64,000 nucleotides of DNA. Source: a virus (lineage: Duplodnaviria > Caudoviricetes). Shown here in pieces: positions 34,919 through 44,486 of the stretch. The DNA is taken from the IMG/VR virus record IMGVR_UViG_3300020050_005097, positions 1 through 64,000 of that record. One strand, 5' to 3'. A program made the translations under genes and the position numbers. Within the stretch, counting starts at the first letter, position 1; each line of letters starts with the position of its first letter. The notes below the pieces were generated by a model. It saw only the letters and a list, made by a program, of their open reading frames with translations. It did not search any database and was not told where the DNA came from.

Positions 34919-35340
34919 TACTGCTCCTTGTCGAAGATGAACGCCGGCATGATGTTGATGCGACGGTCTTCTTGTGGTGTTGGGCCGCACCCATACTTAC
35001 TGGCGACGTTTCTTCCAGCCTTATACGAGTGTTTGGTCGGGTCATAGTCTTGAAGCCACGCCATGTATCCATCTTCATGGGGACGGATGGCGTAAGCAGA
35101 TCCGAAGTTCTCTCCGCCTTGGAAGACGATGTAGATCCACCAGAAGAAGGTTTCTGCCGCACACTTCGGACACATGTCCTTCCACAACGGCTTTTCGGTA
35201 TCGCCCAGACGCAGGTCGTATCGACACCAGGAATTGACAAGCCACTCGTAACTGTATGCTCCTTTGGCCGTTTCGAACGTGTTGGAGTGTGCGTAGCACC
35301 CACCCGAATCACATGTGATGACGACTTCGATGCTCATCAC
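34918..35340 (-). CDS. Hypothetical zinc-ribbon protein
   Basis: ITCDSGGC...DMCPKC. Confidence 0.6.
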   Translation of the reverse strand: MMSIEVVITCDSGGCYAHSNTFETAKGAYSYEWLVNSWCRYDLRLGDTEKPLWKDMCPKCAAETFFWWIYIVFQGGENFGSAYAIRPHEDGYMAWLQDYDPTKHSYKAGRNVASKYGCGPTPQEDRRINIMPAFIFDKEQ

Positions 35341-35684
35341 TCACCGTCCACGGGGATCTTGACCCAGATGTGGTGGCCGGTGCCACGCGTGAACTCGAAG
35401 AACCGACCCTCGTCATCCATCATGAAGCAACGGATGATCGTGTGAACGCCGATGATCTGGCCGTGCTCGTCGACGTCGGGGTGCGTTGAGACGCGCAGAT
35501 CCGTGACGGTGGCGAAGCGAAGGAACTCGGGCTGGGGGTACTCGAGGCCCTTGGCTCGGAGTTCACGAAGCTCGAGACGCTCCTGATAGCAGACCTCCAT
35601 TCCGTCGGTGAGGTCTTCCACCCACGCGGGGATGTAGCCGGAAGCCTGAAGTATCTCGGTCTCGTCAGTAGTCATTTCGTACAT
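35337..35684 (-). CDS. Hypothetical protein
   Basis: Start-associated motif; C/G-ending codons. Confidence 0.7.
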   Translation of the reverse strand: MYEMTTDETEILQASGYIPAWVEDLTDGMEVCYQERLELRELRAKGLEYPQPEFLRFATVTDLRVSTHPDVDEHGQIIGVHTIIRCFMMDDEGRFFEFTRGTGHHIWVKIPVDGE

Positions 35685-35788
35685 TGCTTTTCTCCTATGT
35701 TAGGTGAATTGATTAGAAAAAAAAGAATGAGACGTCGGCAGTTTCTCGGGGGTGAGTGTCGGCCTAAGAGTATTGCTACTCTATGTCT

Positions 35789-35813
35789 CATTATAGGGCT
35801 TGTTATTTTTGCG
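35789..35813 (-). promoter_or_regulatory. Promoter motif copy 14
   Basis: CGCA AAAATA ACA AGCCC TATAATG. Confidence 0.75.
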
Positions 35814-36443
35814 AGCTCATTTTCAGGCTCTGTATTTCTTGGCTTTGTCGATGCGATCCTGTGCTTCCGCTATAACGATTCGACGCTTGATTTTCACCAT
35901 ATCAACATCGGTTTGGTTGATGCGATCTTCAAGCCATTCCACCAGTTCTCTTGTGGTTAAGTTCTTAACCCATCTTTCCGCGTCTTCAATAGGAAGAACT
36001 TTTTCCTTTAGATCTCTGACAACACCATCGATAAACATGAATTATCTCCTATGCCTTTGTGGCTGTCATTTGCTCCATCGCTGCGATTCGAAGCTCTGCT
36101 TCAGCAACAAGGAGGTTGAATTGGGCCACGGTTAGCAACGGGTGCTTTTCAGCAGCAACCTGTTCTAACATGGTGAGAAGAATCTTTGTGTTAGCGCCTT
36201 GAACTAAATGGGAAAAGTCTTCCAAAGGAATGACATAATCTCTCAACTTCATTAAAGGAGTATAGACTTCACTATCATCAAGGGCTACACCGTTGGCAAG
36301 TAACATTACAATTATCTCCTTATTAGCGGATTGTGTGGTGGCTCCGGTAGGCAACCGGCCGGACTTACGAATATACTTGTAGCGCCAGGTCTTCAACCCG
36401 ATCTTTGCACTCATTTAAGCATTCAGTATATTACCACCAATTA

Positions 36444-37127
36444 TCAATCAGTCTTCGGGTCGTACTGCGCCATGTCTCCAACGCTCAGGTTGACATTCCG
36501 GTGCCCATCATCAAGAGTGACGATGTTGTTTTCCTGGCGAATGTCATTAGGGGTGACGATGTTCTGTGCATCGGGATCGCTAGGCCACCCTGGCGTGGGA
36601 GGGTTAACCGGAGGCGGAGGTGCGCACTCCTCGGAAACCTCGGGAAGAGGCGGCGGGCAGTCCTCGGAAACCTCCAGGGTGTTCTGTGTGGTGATACCGC
36701 TTTCATCATTCGCGATGACTGTCGCATGGATCGCAACTGGTTTGGCCGGAATGTCAGGCGGAACCTTACCGTTGCCAAAGACGCGCTTGGGTCGTTTTGA
36801 AGTATCCGAGGGGAATGCCCAGGTGACCCGATCATCAAGATCTTCGAATCCGGCGACACCTTCGCCAAGCCCAATAAACTGCTGCTTGAACACCTTCGCC
36901 GAGTAGCAACGCAGGCTATCTCCGGAACGGGTGAGATACCAGCCAGGAAACGCCTTGCCCATGGTCGGGATGATCTTGCGGTTGATGGTGATGAACGTCT
37001 TACCATCCTCCGTGGTGATCTCACCGATTAGCGCGGCAATCTCATGGAGGTTCTCTTCGGTGATACGAACCGCCTCAACCTGAAACGGAGTACGAACGTA
37101 ACGATCAAACTTTAAACTTTCACCCAT
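36444..37127 (-). CDS. xKP..EAV family protein with Pro-rich low-complexity tail
   Basis: RTPFQVEAVRIT...GWYLTR...VFKQQF; EVSEDCPPPLP/EVSEECAPPPP repeat. Confidence 0.6.
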   Translation of the reverse strand: MGESLKFDRYVRTPFQVEAVRITEENLHEIAALIGEITTEDGKTFITINRKIIPTMGKAFPGWYLTRSGDSLRCYSAKVFKQQFIGLGEGVAGFEDLDDRVTWAFPSDTSKRPKRVFGNGKVPPDIPAKPVAIHATVIANDESGITTQNTLEVSEDCPPPLPEVSEECAPPPPVNPPTPGWPSDPDAQNIVTPNDIRQENNIVTLDDGHRNVNLSVGDMAQYDPKTD

Positions 37128-37458
37128 CGGTATCAGTCCCTTCATTGGTAGGAGTAGCTGCTTCTTTGAGGTATTCGGACATGTCGAGGCACAACTGGCC
37201 GGCGTCCGTACAAACCTTCTCGATGTACATGAATCCCTGAAGACAGGCCTTGCTCAGGTTATTGAACGCTGCCGCGGCATTGGCCCAGTCTTCAGCGGTG
37301 AGCTGCTTGGGGTCCTCAACGACCGCTTCGACTGCGGCCTCGTCAGTATCCGGCTGAAGCACAGAAATATGATCCTGTGCGGAAGGATGTGCCGCCTTCG
37401 ACTCTTCAACGGAACGATCCGCAAAGACGTTGTGCGTCACGGGAATATCATCACTCAT
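37120..37458 (-). CDS. Hypothetical protein
   Basis: Operonic ORF. Confidence 0.55.
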   Translation of the reverse strand: MSDDIPVTHNVFADRSVEESKAAHPSAQDHISVLQPDTDEAAVEAVVEDPKQLTAEDWANAAAAFNNLSKACLQGFMYIEKVCTDAGQLCLDMSEYLKEAATPTNEGTDTDG

Positions 37459-37907
37459 AAGTTTTCCAATCTATCGGGGAAGGCGACATTGTCTGTTTTC
37501 TTGTAGACGTCTACGTAAGTGGTCTCTGTCGCGCCATTATAGGTCACTTCGTAGTACACGTTATCTGGAATGTCCGTTGTAACGAGGGCTTTCCAATTAC
37601 CAAGGGTCTTGGCGAACCACACAATATGGACTTCGCTAAGAGTCAGTTCGGGTTGCTCATCAGGCAGCTTACGATTATCGTTGTAGTAACGAGCAACAAG
37701 CATTCGGGCCTTCGTATCCCGACTGATTTTGTTCATTAGGCTAATCCTTTGGATTGAATCGTCTGGGTAAAGCATTACTGTGGTGGCGTTCCAGGCTTCA
37801 CCATAACACTTGGAACATCCGATAAGGCCCTTACAATGTGCAGTGATGCCTGGGATCGGGTAAGTGGGCGCTGTTCCTGGAATATAATGCCCATGGGTTG
37901 TGTACAT
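37455..37907 (-). CDS. MYTTHGH-module protein 2, C-terminal DUF6275-like domain
   Basis: MYTTHGHYIPGT...HCKGLIGCSKC; VWFAKTLGNWKALVTTD...YYEVTYNG...YVDVYKK. Confidence 0.7.
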   Translation of the reverse strand: MYTTHGHYIPGTAPTYPIPGITAHCKGLIGCSKCYGEAWNATTVMLYPDDSIQRISLMNKISRDTKARMLVARYYNDNRKLPDEQPELTLSEVHIVWFAKTLGNWKALVTTDIPDNVYYEVTYNGATETTYVDVYKKTDNVAFPDRLENL

Positions 37908-38092
37908 TTACACCTTCCGGGAAGTAAATACCTCTCGAGCACGCTCCGGATCTTCTCGCTCGGTCGAAATGGTGAATGTAACGCCGCCATCCGTGGAATA
38001 TACGTTGTCGTGGATCAGGTTCTTCCACAATGCCGTACGGTCAGTGGTACGCTCCCATTCACTTGATGCGGTTGTTACGTCGGGTGGTTGCA

Positions 38093-38479
38093 TCAGCCTT
38101 CTCCTGGGTAACGTGCAGCGGCGTTAAAGGCCTCTCGAGCATAAGGCAGCGCACGAGGCGAGTACTGGTTTGCAAACGGTGGCATAGTAGATAATGCTCC
38201 CGCAACAAAGTTCTCGAAAGGAGTGTAGTCATTCGGATCGATCGAACCCTGATCCTCCCAACTAAGACCCTTCCGTTCCTGAGCAGCAAACGCATTGGCA
38301 AACCATCCGACCATCAGACTTCGATCGATCTGGTCAAGTTTGTTGCCGAAATTCTTCATGAACTCTTCGGCCCAAACCATTGCGTCATTGGTCTCTAACA
38401 GCTTGGCTGCCTGGAGGTCCGGCTCGGTTGGAATATAGGTATCTTCCACATCGGCTGGTTTAGAAACGATATCGCTCAT
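38093..38479 (-). CDS. Hypothetical protein
   Basis: DAMVWAEEF...MVGWFANAF. Confidence 0.6.
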   Translation of the reverse strand: MSDIVSKPADVEDTYIPTEPDLQAAKLLETNDAMVWAEEFMKNFGNKLDQIDRSLMVGWFANAFAAQERKGLSWEDQGSIDPNDYTPFENFVAGALSTMPPFANQYSPRALPYAREAFNAAARYPGEG

Positions 38480-39027
38480 TAGTCCCTCGGATCTTCTAAG
38501 TAGTTAACTGATGTGTGGGATGGACCTCGACTATGGTCAAGCTCGCACTCTGAAAGAAGCCAATAGCTCTTACCACCATCACTGGAGAAAGCCTCTGGGT
38601 TGCGAGTACTTTGCCAAATACCATTACCACCAGCAACGGACTTGTCGTGGAATACCCACTCATTGGGATCGTTGGTAAGCGGGGAAAGATTCTCATGATT
38701 GAGAAGCGCCGTGATGGTTGGGATGGCAATCATCGCCGACCCACCACTATGCCCCATATCGGCAAATGCCTGAATGACTCGAATATAACCACGAACCACG
38801 TCGGGGTCTTCACCAAGAAGTGACAGCTCCTTTTTGGCATGGGAAACTAGGCCGCTATCCTCAGAAAATGCAAGATTCCCCAAAGCAAGCGCAACCACCT
38901 CCTCCGCCTGCTTGGTCTGCTCAAAGCAAACGCTACAAATCCGAACCCCGCCGCAGCGGACCTCTTTTGCTGGAGTATTCGGATCCACCGGAGTTCCGGG
39001 GATCTGATGACCGTGAGTTGTGTACAT
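38479..39027 (-). CDS. MYTTHGH-module protein 3
   Basis: MYTTHGHQIPGT...RCGGVRICSVC; GHSGGSA...LSPLTNDPNEW. Confidence 0.7.
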   Translation of the reverse strand: MYTTHGHQIPGTPVDPNTPAKEVRCGGVRICSVCFEQTKQAEEVVALALGNLAFSEDSGLVSHAKKELSLLGEDPDVVRGYIRVIQAFADMGHSGGSAMIAIPTITALLNHENLSPLTNDPNEWVFHDKSVAGGNGIWQSTRNPEAFSSDGGKSYWLLSECELDHSRGPSHTSVNYLEDPRD

Positions 39028-39061
39028 TAACCCTCCTGATTAAATATGCGTAGGTGTGGTG

Positions 39062-39520
39062 TCAGTTCTCATCAGCGTAACGACGGTCGAGTTCATCTTC
39101 CTCAAGGGTGACGTACATCGTCTTGAGGTATGCCTTGACACCGGACTTGTCATTTGTAGACCACTCGAATCCTCGAACGATAAGGTCGACGTTCTTGATG
39201 TCTGCCCAATCGAGCATTTCGATCGTAGACTCATTGAGCTGAGTCTTGCCGCTGGAGGTGATCATGATCACTCGAGGGGGCTTGATGGAAAAGTTGACGG
39301 CCACAGGAAGATGTGGGTTACGGACCTCTTCCTCATCCTCACGAGGATTGGGGTACTTGACGTTCCAGCGATCTTTGAGCATGGCCTGTGCGACCTTCTC
39401 GTCAGGGATCTCGACCGAGAAACCCTTCACGCCCTTGGCGTTGAACTTGCCCTCACGACCCTCAAAGTTCTTGAAGATCAGTTTGGCCTTATCGAATTGT
39501 GCGGTAAGCGGTTCACTCAT
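39062..39520 (-). CDS. Single-stranded DNA-binding protein (probable)
   Basis: LIFKNFEG...FSVEI...GVKAYLKTMYV, acidic tail; adjacent to polymerase. Confidence 0.65.
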   Translation of the reverse strand: MSEPLTAQFDKAKLIFKNFEGREGKFNAKGVKGFSVEIPDEKVAQAMLKDRWNVKYPNPREDEEEVRNPHLPVAVNFSIKPPRVIMITSSGKTQLNESTIEMLDWADIKNVDLIVRGFEWSTNDKSGVKAYLKTMYVTLEEDELDRRYADEN

Positions 39521-39731
39521 TAGAGCTCCATTTCTAATTGTTCGTTGTCTGTCACTGCGGTGATTGTTAGAGTCACCTTTTGGATTGGATCATTTATCTC
39601 ATCCCTGTACTTCGAGATGATGTCAAACGTTTCGTCGCGGATCACTTTAGACGTGTATAGCCTGTAGCGACCCTCGAACCCTTTGTAATTCGTATGCTGG
39701 ATGGCATGAACGGTAAATGTTTCGCGCATGA

Positions 39732-39971
39732 CTATCCATATACGAACTTGCGGAGTACTCCATCGGGATCAACACAACTGCAAATACGTGTCAACGGTCC
39801 GAAGTCGTCGTACTCACCGGGCATGAACATGATTGCGTAATACCCAAGCTCTTCCAACTGCGGACGAAGTACAGAATCTTCGCATCTGTAGTAATGCTCG
39901 AAACTGAAGTCCTTCAAGGAAATGTCCGAGGGTAGGTCTTCGTACTTGCCTTCTGGCGGAGTTGAATGCAT
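39732..39971 (-). CDS. Hypothetical protein
   Basis: TGATG coupling. Confidence 0.55.
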   Translation of the reverse strand: MHSTPPEGKYEDLPSDISLKDFSFEHYYRCEDSVLRPQLEELGYYAIMFMPGEYDDFGPLTRICSCVDPDGVLRKFVYG

Positions 39972-40215
39972 CAGAACCTCCGATCGAATCGGTCAAGAAA
40001 CCCAGCGAAGCGGCCTAGTCGATTAGCCCACTTACACCTGTTCGTAAACTGTCGAATATAGATGAGAGCATCCTCGATGTTAGCGAACTCATGAGTCTCT
40101 TGAGCCCACGAATATGGAATCCCTGGGAAGTCTACTTTTACTCCCCAGCGAGAACCCACCGGGTAAATTTGGATCATGATTTTTCCTTTTCGATTAAGAT
40201 TAGTGGAAATATCTT

Positions 40216-43200
40216 TTACGACACAAACCTATGGAAGGGTCCATAGTACTCGATTGCAGCCTCAGCATCTCGGGCCAACTTCTCGAAATATGAGTAGTCG
40301 ATGAAGTCGCCGTAAGGCTCTTCACGCTTCTCCGCCATCTCACGTTCGATCCATCGGTAACCCTTGGTGCCAGTAACCGCGTACTTCTTGTCTTCCTTGA
40401 TACGCCAGAGGAATGCGCCACCCTTAAGCACAGGGATGAAACTCCCCGTGCGACCGACATGCACAAACTCCGTCACCTTTCGCAATTCACTCTCGTTGAA
40501 GTCGAGATACATTGCTCCCTGCTGAACGCTTCGCGTCTCACAAAGATCGTCGAACTCAATCTCTTCGTTGGTGAACAGCTTCTTGAACACGTACGGATGC
40601 TGGAACTGAGCGCCTACCGCAGTCCACTTATCGCCCTGACGAGCAATATAAACTGCGTCATTGACGAGACAGAACTTGTCATACGTCCCTTCGTGCTCGA
40701 ATTCGTATCCGTACTTCTGGCCGAAGTCCATGACAAACTGGATGATCTCCGGCGTAGCGTCTGGAATCTTGATCGAGTCCGTCTTGATGTGCGCAACGGT
40801 AAATCCTTTCTCCTGCACAGCGTGCTTGAGGTCTACCATGAATAAAGCACCGCGTTTGGCCACGATGTTGTCGATGTTCCTGTTGTCCTTGAACGGAGTT
40901 GGGAACTTCGCACTAGTGAGGCCATAAACGCTGTTGATTACAATCTTTAGCGCATACGCCAGATCGTCGGCCACATCTTCACCAGCGGCCAAAAACGGTT
41001 GCAGTCGACCACCAAGTAGCTTGCGGGCTCGGTCGAACTCCTTACGCTTAACCGCCATACGAGCGTCCTTGAGCTCGGAGAACCGTTCTGTGTAGGGTCC
41101 GAAGAGATTGAGGAGCTCAATGCTGGTCGGATGCATGGAGGCAACGTCCAGAAGCGCAACATTCTCATATACGCCCGGCTCGGCGTAAACGTACCCGCCT
41201 TCTCCTGTGACTTCTCCACGATAAGTACTTTCCTTTCCGTCGAACTTGTACCCGGGGAATTCCTCGGACAAGTCTGTGTAAATGAATTTCTTCTGAGGCT
41301 CCTTGTCGGAACCAAAGATGATCTTTGCCGTGTGGTTCTGAGTGGTGTGATTAACACTGAGACCAGACAACTCGGCCAACATCTCACGAGCGACGAAGTC
41401 CTGCTTACGGTTCTCGAACACCGCCTCTAACGCATGGACATCGTTCGCACAGTAATCGATGACTCGAGGGATCATTTCCTCAGGAACAGGCGAGTCCCAA
41501 TCAAGATCAAGCTCCATGTGATGGATACCAAGCTCAATTTCGAACTTCTTGAGGCTCTGCTTCTTCGACGAGAAGTCGTACGCATCTGTGTAGGAAAGGT
41601 TGTACGCCTCTCCGAACAGCGCATTGTGATTGCCGCCGATGATCTTCTGACTAAGCCGGTAGATCTCCTCATTCGTGTAGCCCAAGAAACGAGCGTACAG
41701 AATATGGTTATCGTACTTGCGATTATTGAACCCGACCAACTTGAGCGCGAACAAAGGCTCGATCTCATGTGGTTCTGGGTTGATCATTCGGACGACGTCA
41801 GCATCCCCAGCATACTTCCAGCAGATCAGAAGCAGGTTGGGATATACCTCAATGTCGAAGAACACGATCGGGTCGTCAGATTTAACAGGGCCCTCAACCT
41901 CAAGCGGCATGAACTCCTGCCCGATGAACTGCATCTTCTGGACCACCTTGATGGCCGTATCGGACTGATGAGTACTTCGAGCGGCAAAGGTTAGGATCGT
42001 ACCACGAAGATCTCGCACGTCGTAAGCCATTCCGGACTCATACGCTTCTTCCAAGATCTTATGGATGAAATCAACTGACGATTTGGTCCCAGGGTGTACT
42101 TCTTTCCTGAGGTTCTTGTCAATTAGTGCTCGAAGTCCCTTTTCACTTTGGATTGTCTTCGTACCAAGCATGGACTTCTCTTTCTTTGGCAACCCACTTG
42201 TAAGGGTCGCAACCTCTAGGTTGTTACATCTGGTCAATTTCCTCCGGAGGGAACTGTCCCCAAGCAAAGTTTTAACCTCGATACCGTCTGCGTAAAGAGC
42301 AGCAAGCTCCTTGACGTTACCGTGGTAAATATAGTGCAGATGAACGCCCGCGCCGCTTTTGCTAAGCTCGGTGTATGTCGGGGGAAACTGTGATGCTGCC
42401 CAACAGTTCATCTCTAGACTCTTATCGCCATTCTCATCAACAAGGTCGAAGTCGATGACGATGTGTTGCTCGGGTACCTTCACGAAGTGCAACTTTGAAG
42501 TGTCGATATCCTTTAGTGTAGTTGTCACATTAGCCCACTTAAACCTGGGACTACCATCAGTCTTTGTGTACTGAGCTGGTTGATCCGCATAAAGACGGTC
42601 GAAGTGCGACTCAATATCATCGACAGCAATTTGGTATGTCGTGTCCGGCTTGAATGGATCCGGTGCTGTCAATTTCTTGAATTTGGAGTAGTAGCTTCGA
42701 ACAAGTACCCCATCGACTTCTGCCTTTTCTTCGAACTTGTCGAAGTAATTACGTAGCTCCTCTCGGAATTTGTATTGGGGAAGCAGACGCTCGATTCCAG
42801 TCTCTGCTCCGAATTCCTTGTAGAGTTCATACGCTCGTTTAAGGGAGACACCACCCTTTTCCTTAAACTCTTCGTAGTAATACTCCACATAGTTGTAGAA
42901 CACATCGGTTTGAAGCATCATCTCGAGAGGGCGGTAAGAGTTGTAGTGGGTCTTACCCATTTCCCGATAGCGCTCGCGGCAATGATGTGCAATTGCTCCT
43001 AGTTCGAAGTCAACCATCCCCATCAGTGCGTGGTACCGATCCTCGTCGATCTTCACACCCGTGGGATGCACGTCGATAAGGCGTCGGATAATACCAGACT
43101 TGGCGTCACTGATCTTGACTGGCTGGTTCGTACCCATAAACAGAAACGCATTGACCCGAGCGGTGTATCCGGGCTTGTACTTCTCGTTCATCGGCATGTC

Positions 43201-43941
43201 TTCGTGAGAGATGATCGAATTAAGCTTCGTATTGTCATCAATCTTCGACAGGTCCCCATCATGCTGAATGGCCACGAGGGGGTTGCTCTTGAACGCTTCA
43301 GTAGCAAATGCGTTGTTACCACTACCCAGAGCCTTAGCATCGAAGGTCGTCGTATAGCCCTCGAACAGCTTCTGAATAATGTTGATCACCGTGGACTTGC
43401 CACTACCCGCAGGTCCATAAAACACGAGGAACTTCTGGATCTTCTTTGCCTCACCGGCAACGACGGCCCCAATAGCCCACTCGATCTTCGCACGTTCCTC
43501 CGGAGAATATAGAACGCTAAGGAGTTCATCCCAAGCATCAATAGGGCCCTCTTCGAGAGAATATGGAAGACGCTTGCTTGCGTAATCTGTTTTCTTGACT
43601 TCGGTGTTAGCGAAAACGAGCGACTCGTCTAGCGTATGGTAGTTGTCACTGATGTTCTGAAGGAACTGCCGGAACGTAGTCCAGATCTTCGTGTTGAACG
43701 ACCGAAGGTTCTGAATTTGATAAAGGTTCCCGCATTCGTCATTATACCGGTGAAGGTCTTCGTCCACCAGGCGTTGAACATCGTACTCGTCACTAGACCA
43801 TAGACCAGCTTCTTCGTCCCAGACAGCATAGAACGATCGTCCTCGACTCATCAAGTCTTTGGACCTACCGATGTTCCAGTCTGGGTAAAGCACAGGGGGG
43901 CCATCGCGTCTTTCTTTCACTCTAATTTCATAGAAATCCAC
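40216..43941 (-). CDS. SF3 helicase - AEP primase - 3'-5' exonuclease - family B DNA polymerase fusion
   Basis: GPAGSGKS (SF3); VIDFD and SKSGAGVHLHY (AEP); FFDIEVYPN and GFNNRKYD (exo); LDVASMHPT, KIVINSVYG, IKTDS (PolB motifs A/B/C). Confidence 0.85.
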   Translation of the reverse strand: MDFYEIRVKERRDGPPVLYPDWNIGRSKDLMSRGRSFYAVWDEEAGLWSSDEYDVQRLVDEDLHRYNDECGNLYQIQNLRSFNTKIWTTFRQFLQNISDNYHTLDESLVFANTEVKKTDYASKRLPYSLEEGPIDAWDELLSVLYSPEERAKIEWAIGAVVAGEAKKIQKFLVFYGPAGSGKSTVINIIQKLFEGYTTTFDAKALGSGNNAFATEAFKSNPLVAIQHDGDLSKIDDNTKLNSIISHEDMPMNEKYKPGYTARVNAFLFMGTNQPVKISDAKSGIIRRLIDVHPTGVKIDEDRYHALMGMVDFELGAIAHHCRERYREMGKTHYNSYRPLEMMLQTDVFYNYVEYYYEEFKEKGGVSLKRAYELYKEFGAETGIERLLPQYKFREELRNYFDKFEEKAEVDGVLVRSYYSKFKKLTAPDPFKPDTTYQIAVDDIESHFDRLYADQPAQYTKTDGSPRFKWANVTTTLKDIDTSKLHFVKVPEQHIVIDFDLVDENGDKSLEMNCWAASQFPPTYTELSKSGAGVHLHYIYHGNVKELAALYADGIEVKTLLGDSSLRRKLTRCNNLEVATLTSGLPKKEKSMLGTKTIQSEKGLRALIDKNLRKEVHPGTKSSVDFIHKILEEAYESGMAYDVRDLRGTILTFAARSTHQSDTAIKVVQKMQFIGQEFMPLEVEGPVKSDDPIVFFDIEVYPNLLLICWKYAGDADVVRMINPEPHEIEPLFALKLVGFNNRKYDNHILYARFLGYTNEEIYRLSQKIIGGNHNALFGEAYNLSYTDAYDFSSKKQSLKKFEIELGIHHMELDLDWDSPVPEEMIPRVIDYCANDVHALEAVFENRKQDFVAREMLAELSGLSVNHTTQNHTAKIIFGSDKEPQKKFIYTDLSEEFPGYKFDGKESTYRGEVTGEGGYVYAEPGVYENVALLDVASMHPTSIELLNLFGPYTERFSELKDARMAVKRKEFDRARKLLGGRLQPFLAAGEDVADDLAYALKIVINSVYGLTSAKFPTPFKDNRNIDNIVAKRGALFMVDLKHAVQEKGFTVAHIKTDSIKIPDATPEIIQFVMDFGQKYGYEFEHEGTYDKFCLVNDAVYIARQGDKWTAVGAQFQHPYVFKKLFTNEEIEFDDLCETRSVQQGAMYLDFNESELRKVTEFVHVGRTGSFIPVLKGGAFLWRIKEDKKYAVTGTKGYRWIEREMAEKREEPYGDFIDYSYFEKLARDAEAAIEYYGPFHRFVS

Positions 43942-43953
43942 ACAACCCCCTTT

Positions 43954-44484
43954 TTAGTCGTAGTCTAATTCAAACAAGTACTCGTTAAACTGGTACCAGA
44001 TCTCAACCTCTCGTTGATCTTTTTTCGTATGGGTCAAAGGAAATAGTCCTCCATGCCCCCGTCGATTATAGGTTCGGAATACAAACTGCTCGATGACATC
44101 GTGTAACGCCTTCTCATTAATAGGGGTAGCGTCATTGACGGTAGAAAGACCAAGGTTGGTAAGCATCACCCAAAACCAATTCTTCGCACTTTCGTCAGTC
44201 TCGAACTCAGCAACTCTAGAGAAAGCTATAAGCATCTCCAAGACGGAGCACCCAGGAGAAGTGAGTGCCCCGTCAATTGGAAATCCACGTTGTCTCAAGA
44301 ATTCGATTCGTAAGTCTCGGCCGTCTTCTACACGGTTATCATCACCAGATACTAAAAACACAAATTGAAACTGGTGAAGGGTAGAGAGAAGATTATTGAA
44401 CCGTAAGTTGGGCAAACGGGCCGAGGGAACACTAACCTTTTGGCATAGCCAGTTGAAATATTGATCTTCAATTGGCTTGGGCAT
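43954..44484 (-). CDS. Conserved core hypothetical protein
   Basis: DDNRVEDG...CSVLEMLIAFS...GHGGLFPL...EIWYQ. Confidence 0.7.
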   Translation of the reverse strand: MPKPIEDQYFNWLCQKVSVPSARLPNLRFNNLLSTLHQFQFVFLVSGDDNRVEDGRDLRIEFLRQRGFPIDGALTSPGCSVLEMLIAFSRVAEFETDESAKNWFWVMLTNLGLSTVNDATPINEKALHDVIEQFVFRTYNRRGHGGLFPLTHTKKDQREVEIWYQFNEYLFELDYD

Positions 44485-44486
44485 TA

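Noticed and set aside
36590-36680. 33-bp imperfect repeat (EVSEDCPPPLP/EVSEECAPPPP)
   Set aside because: Ordinary low-complexity Pro-rich linker duplication with no sign of a regulatory role
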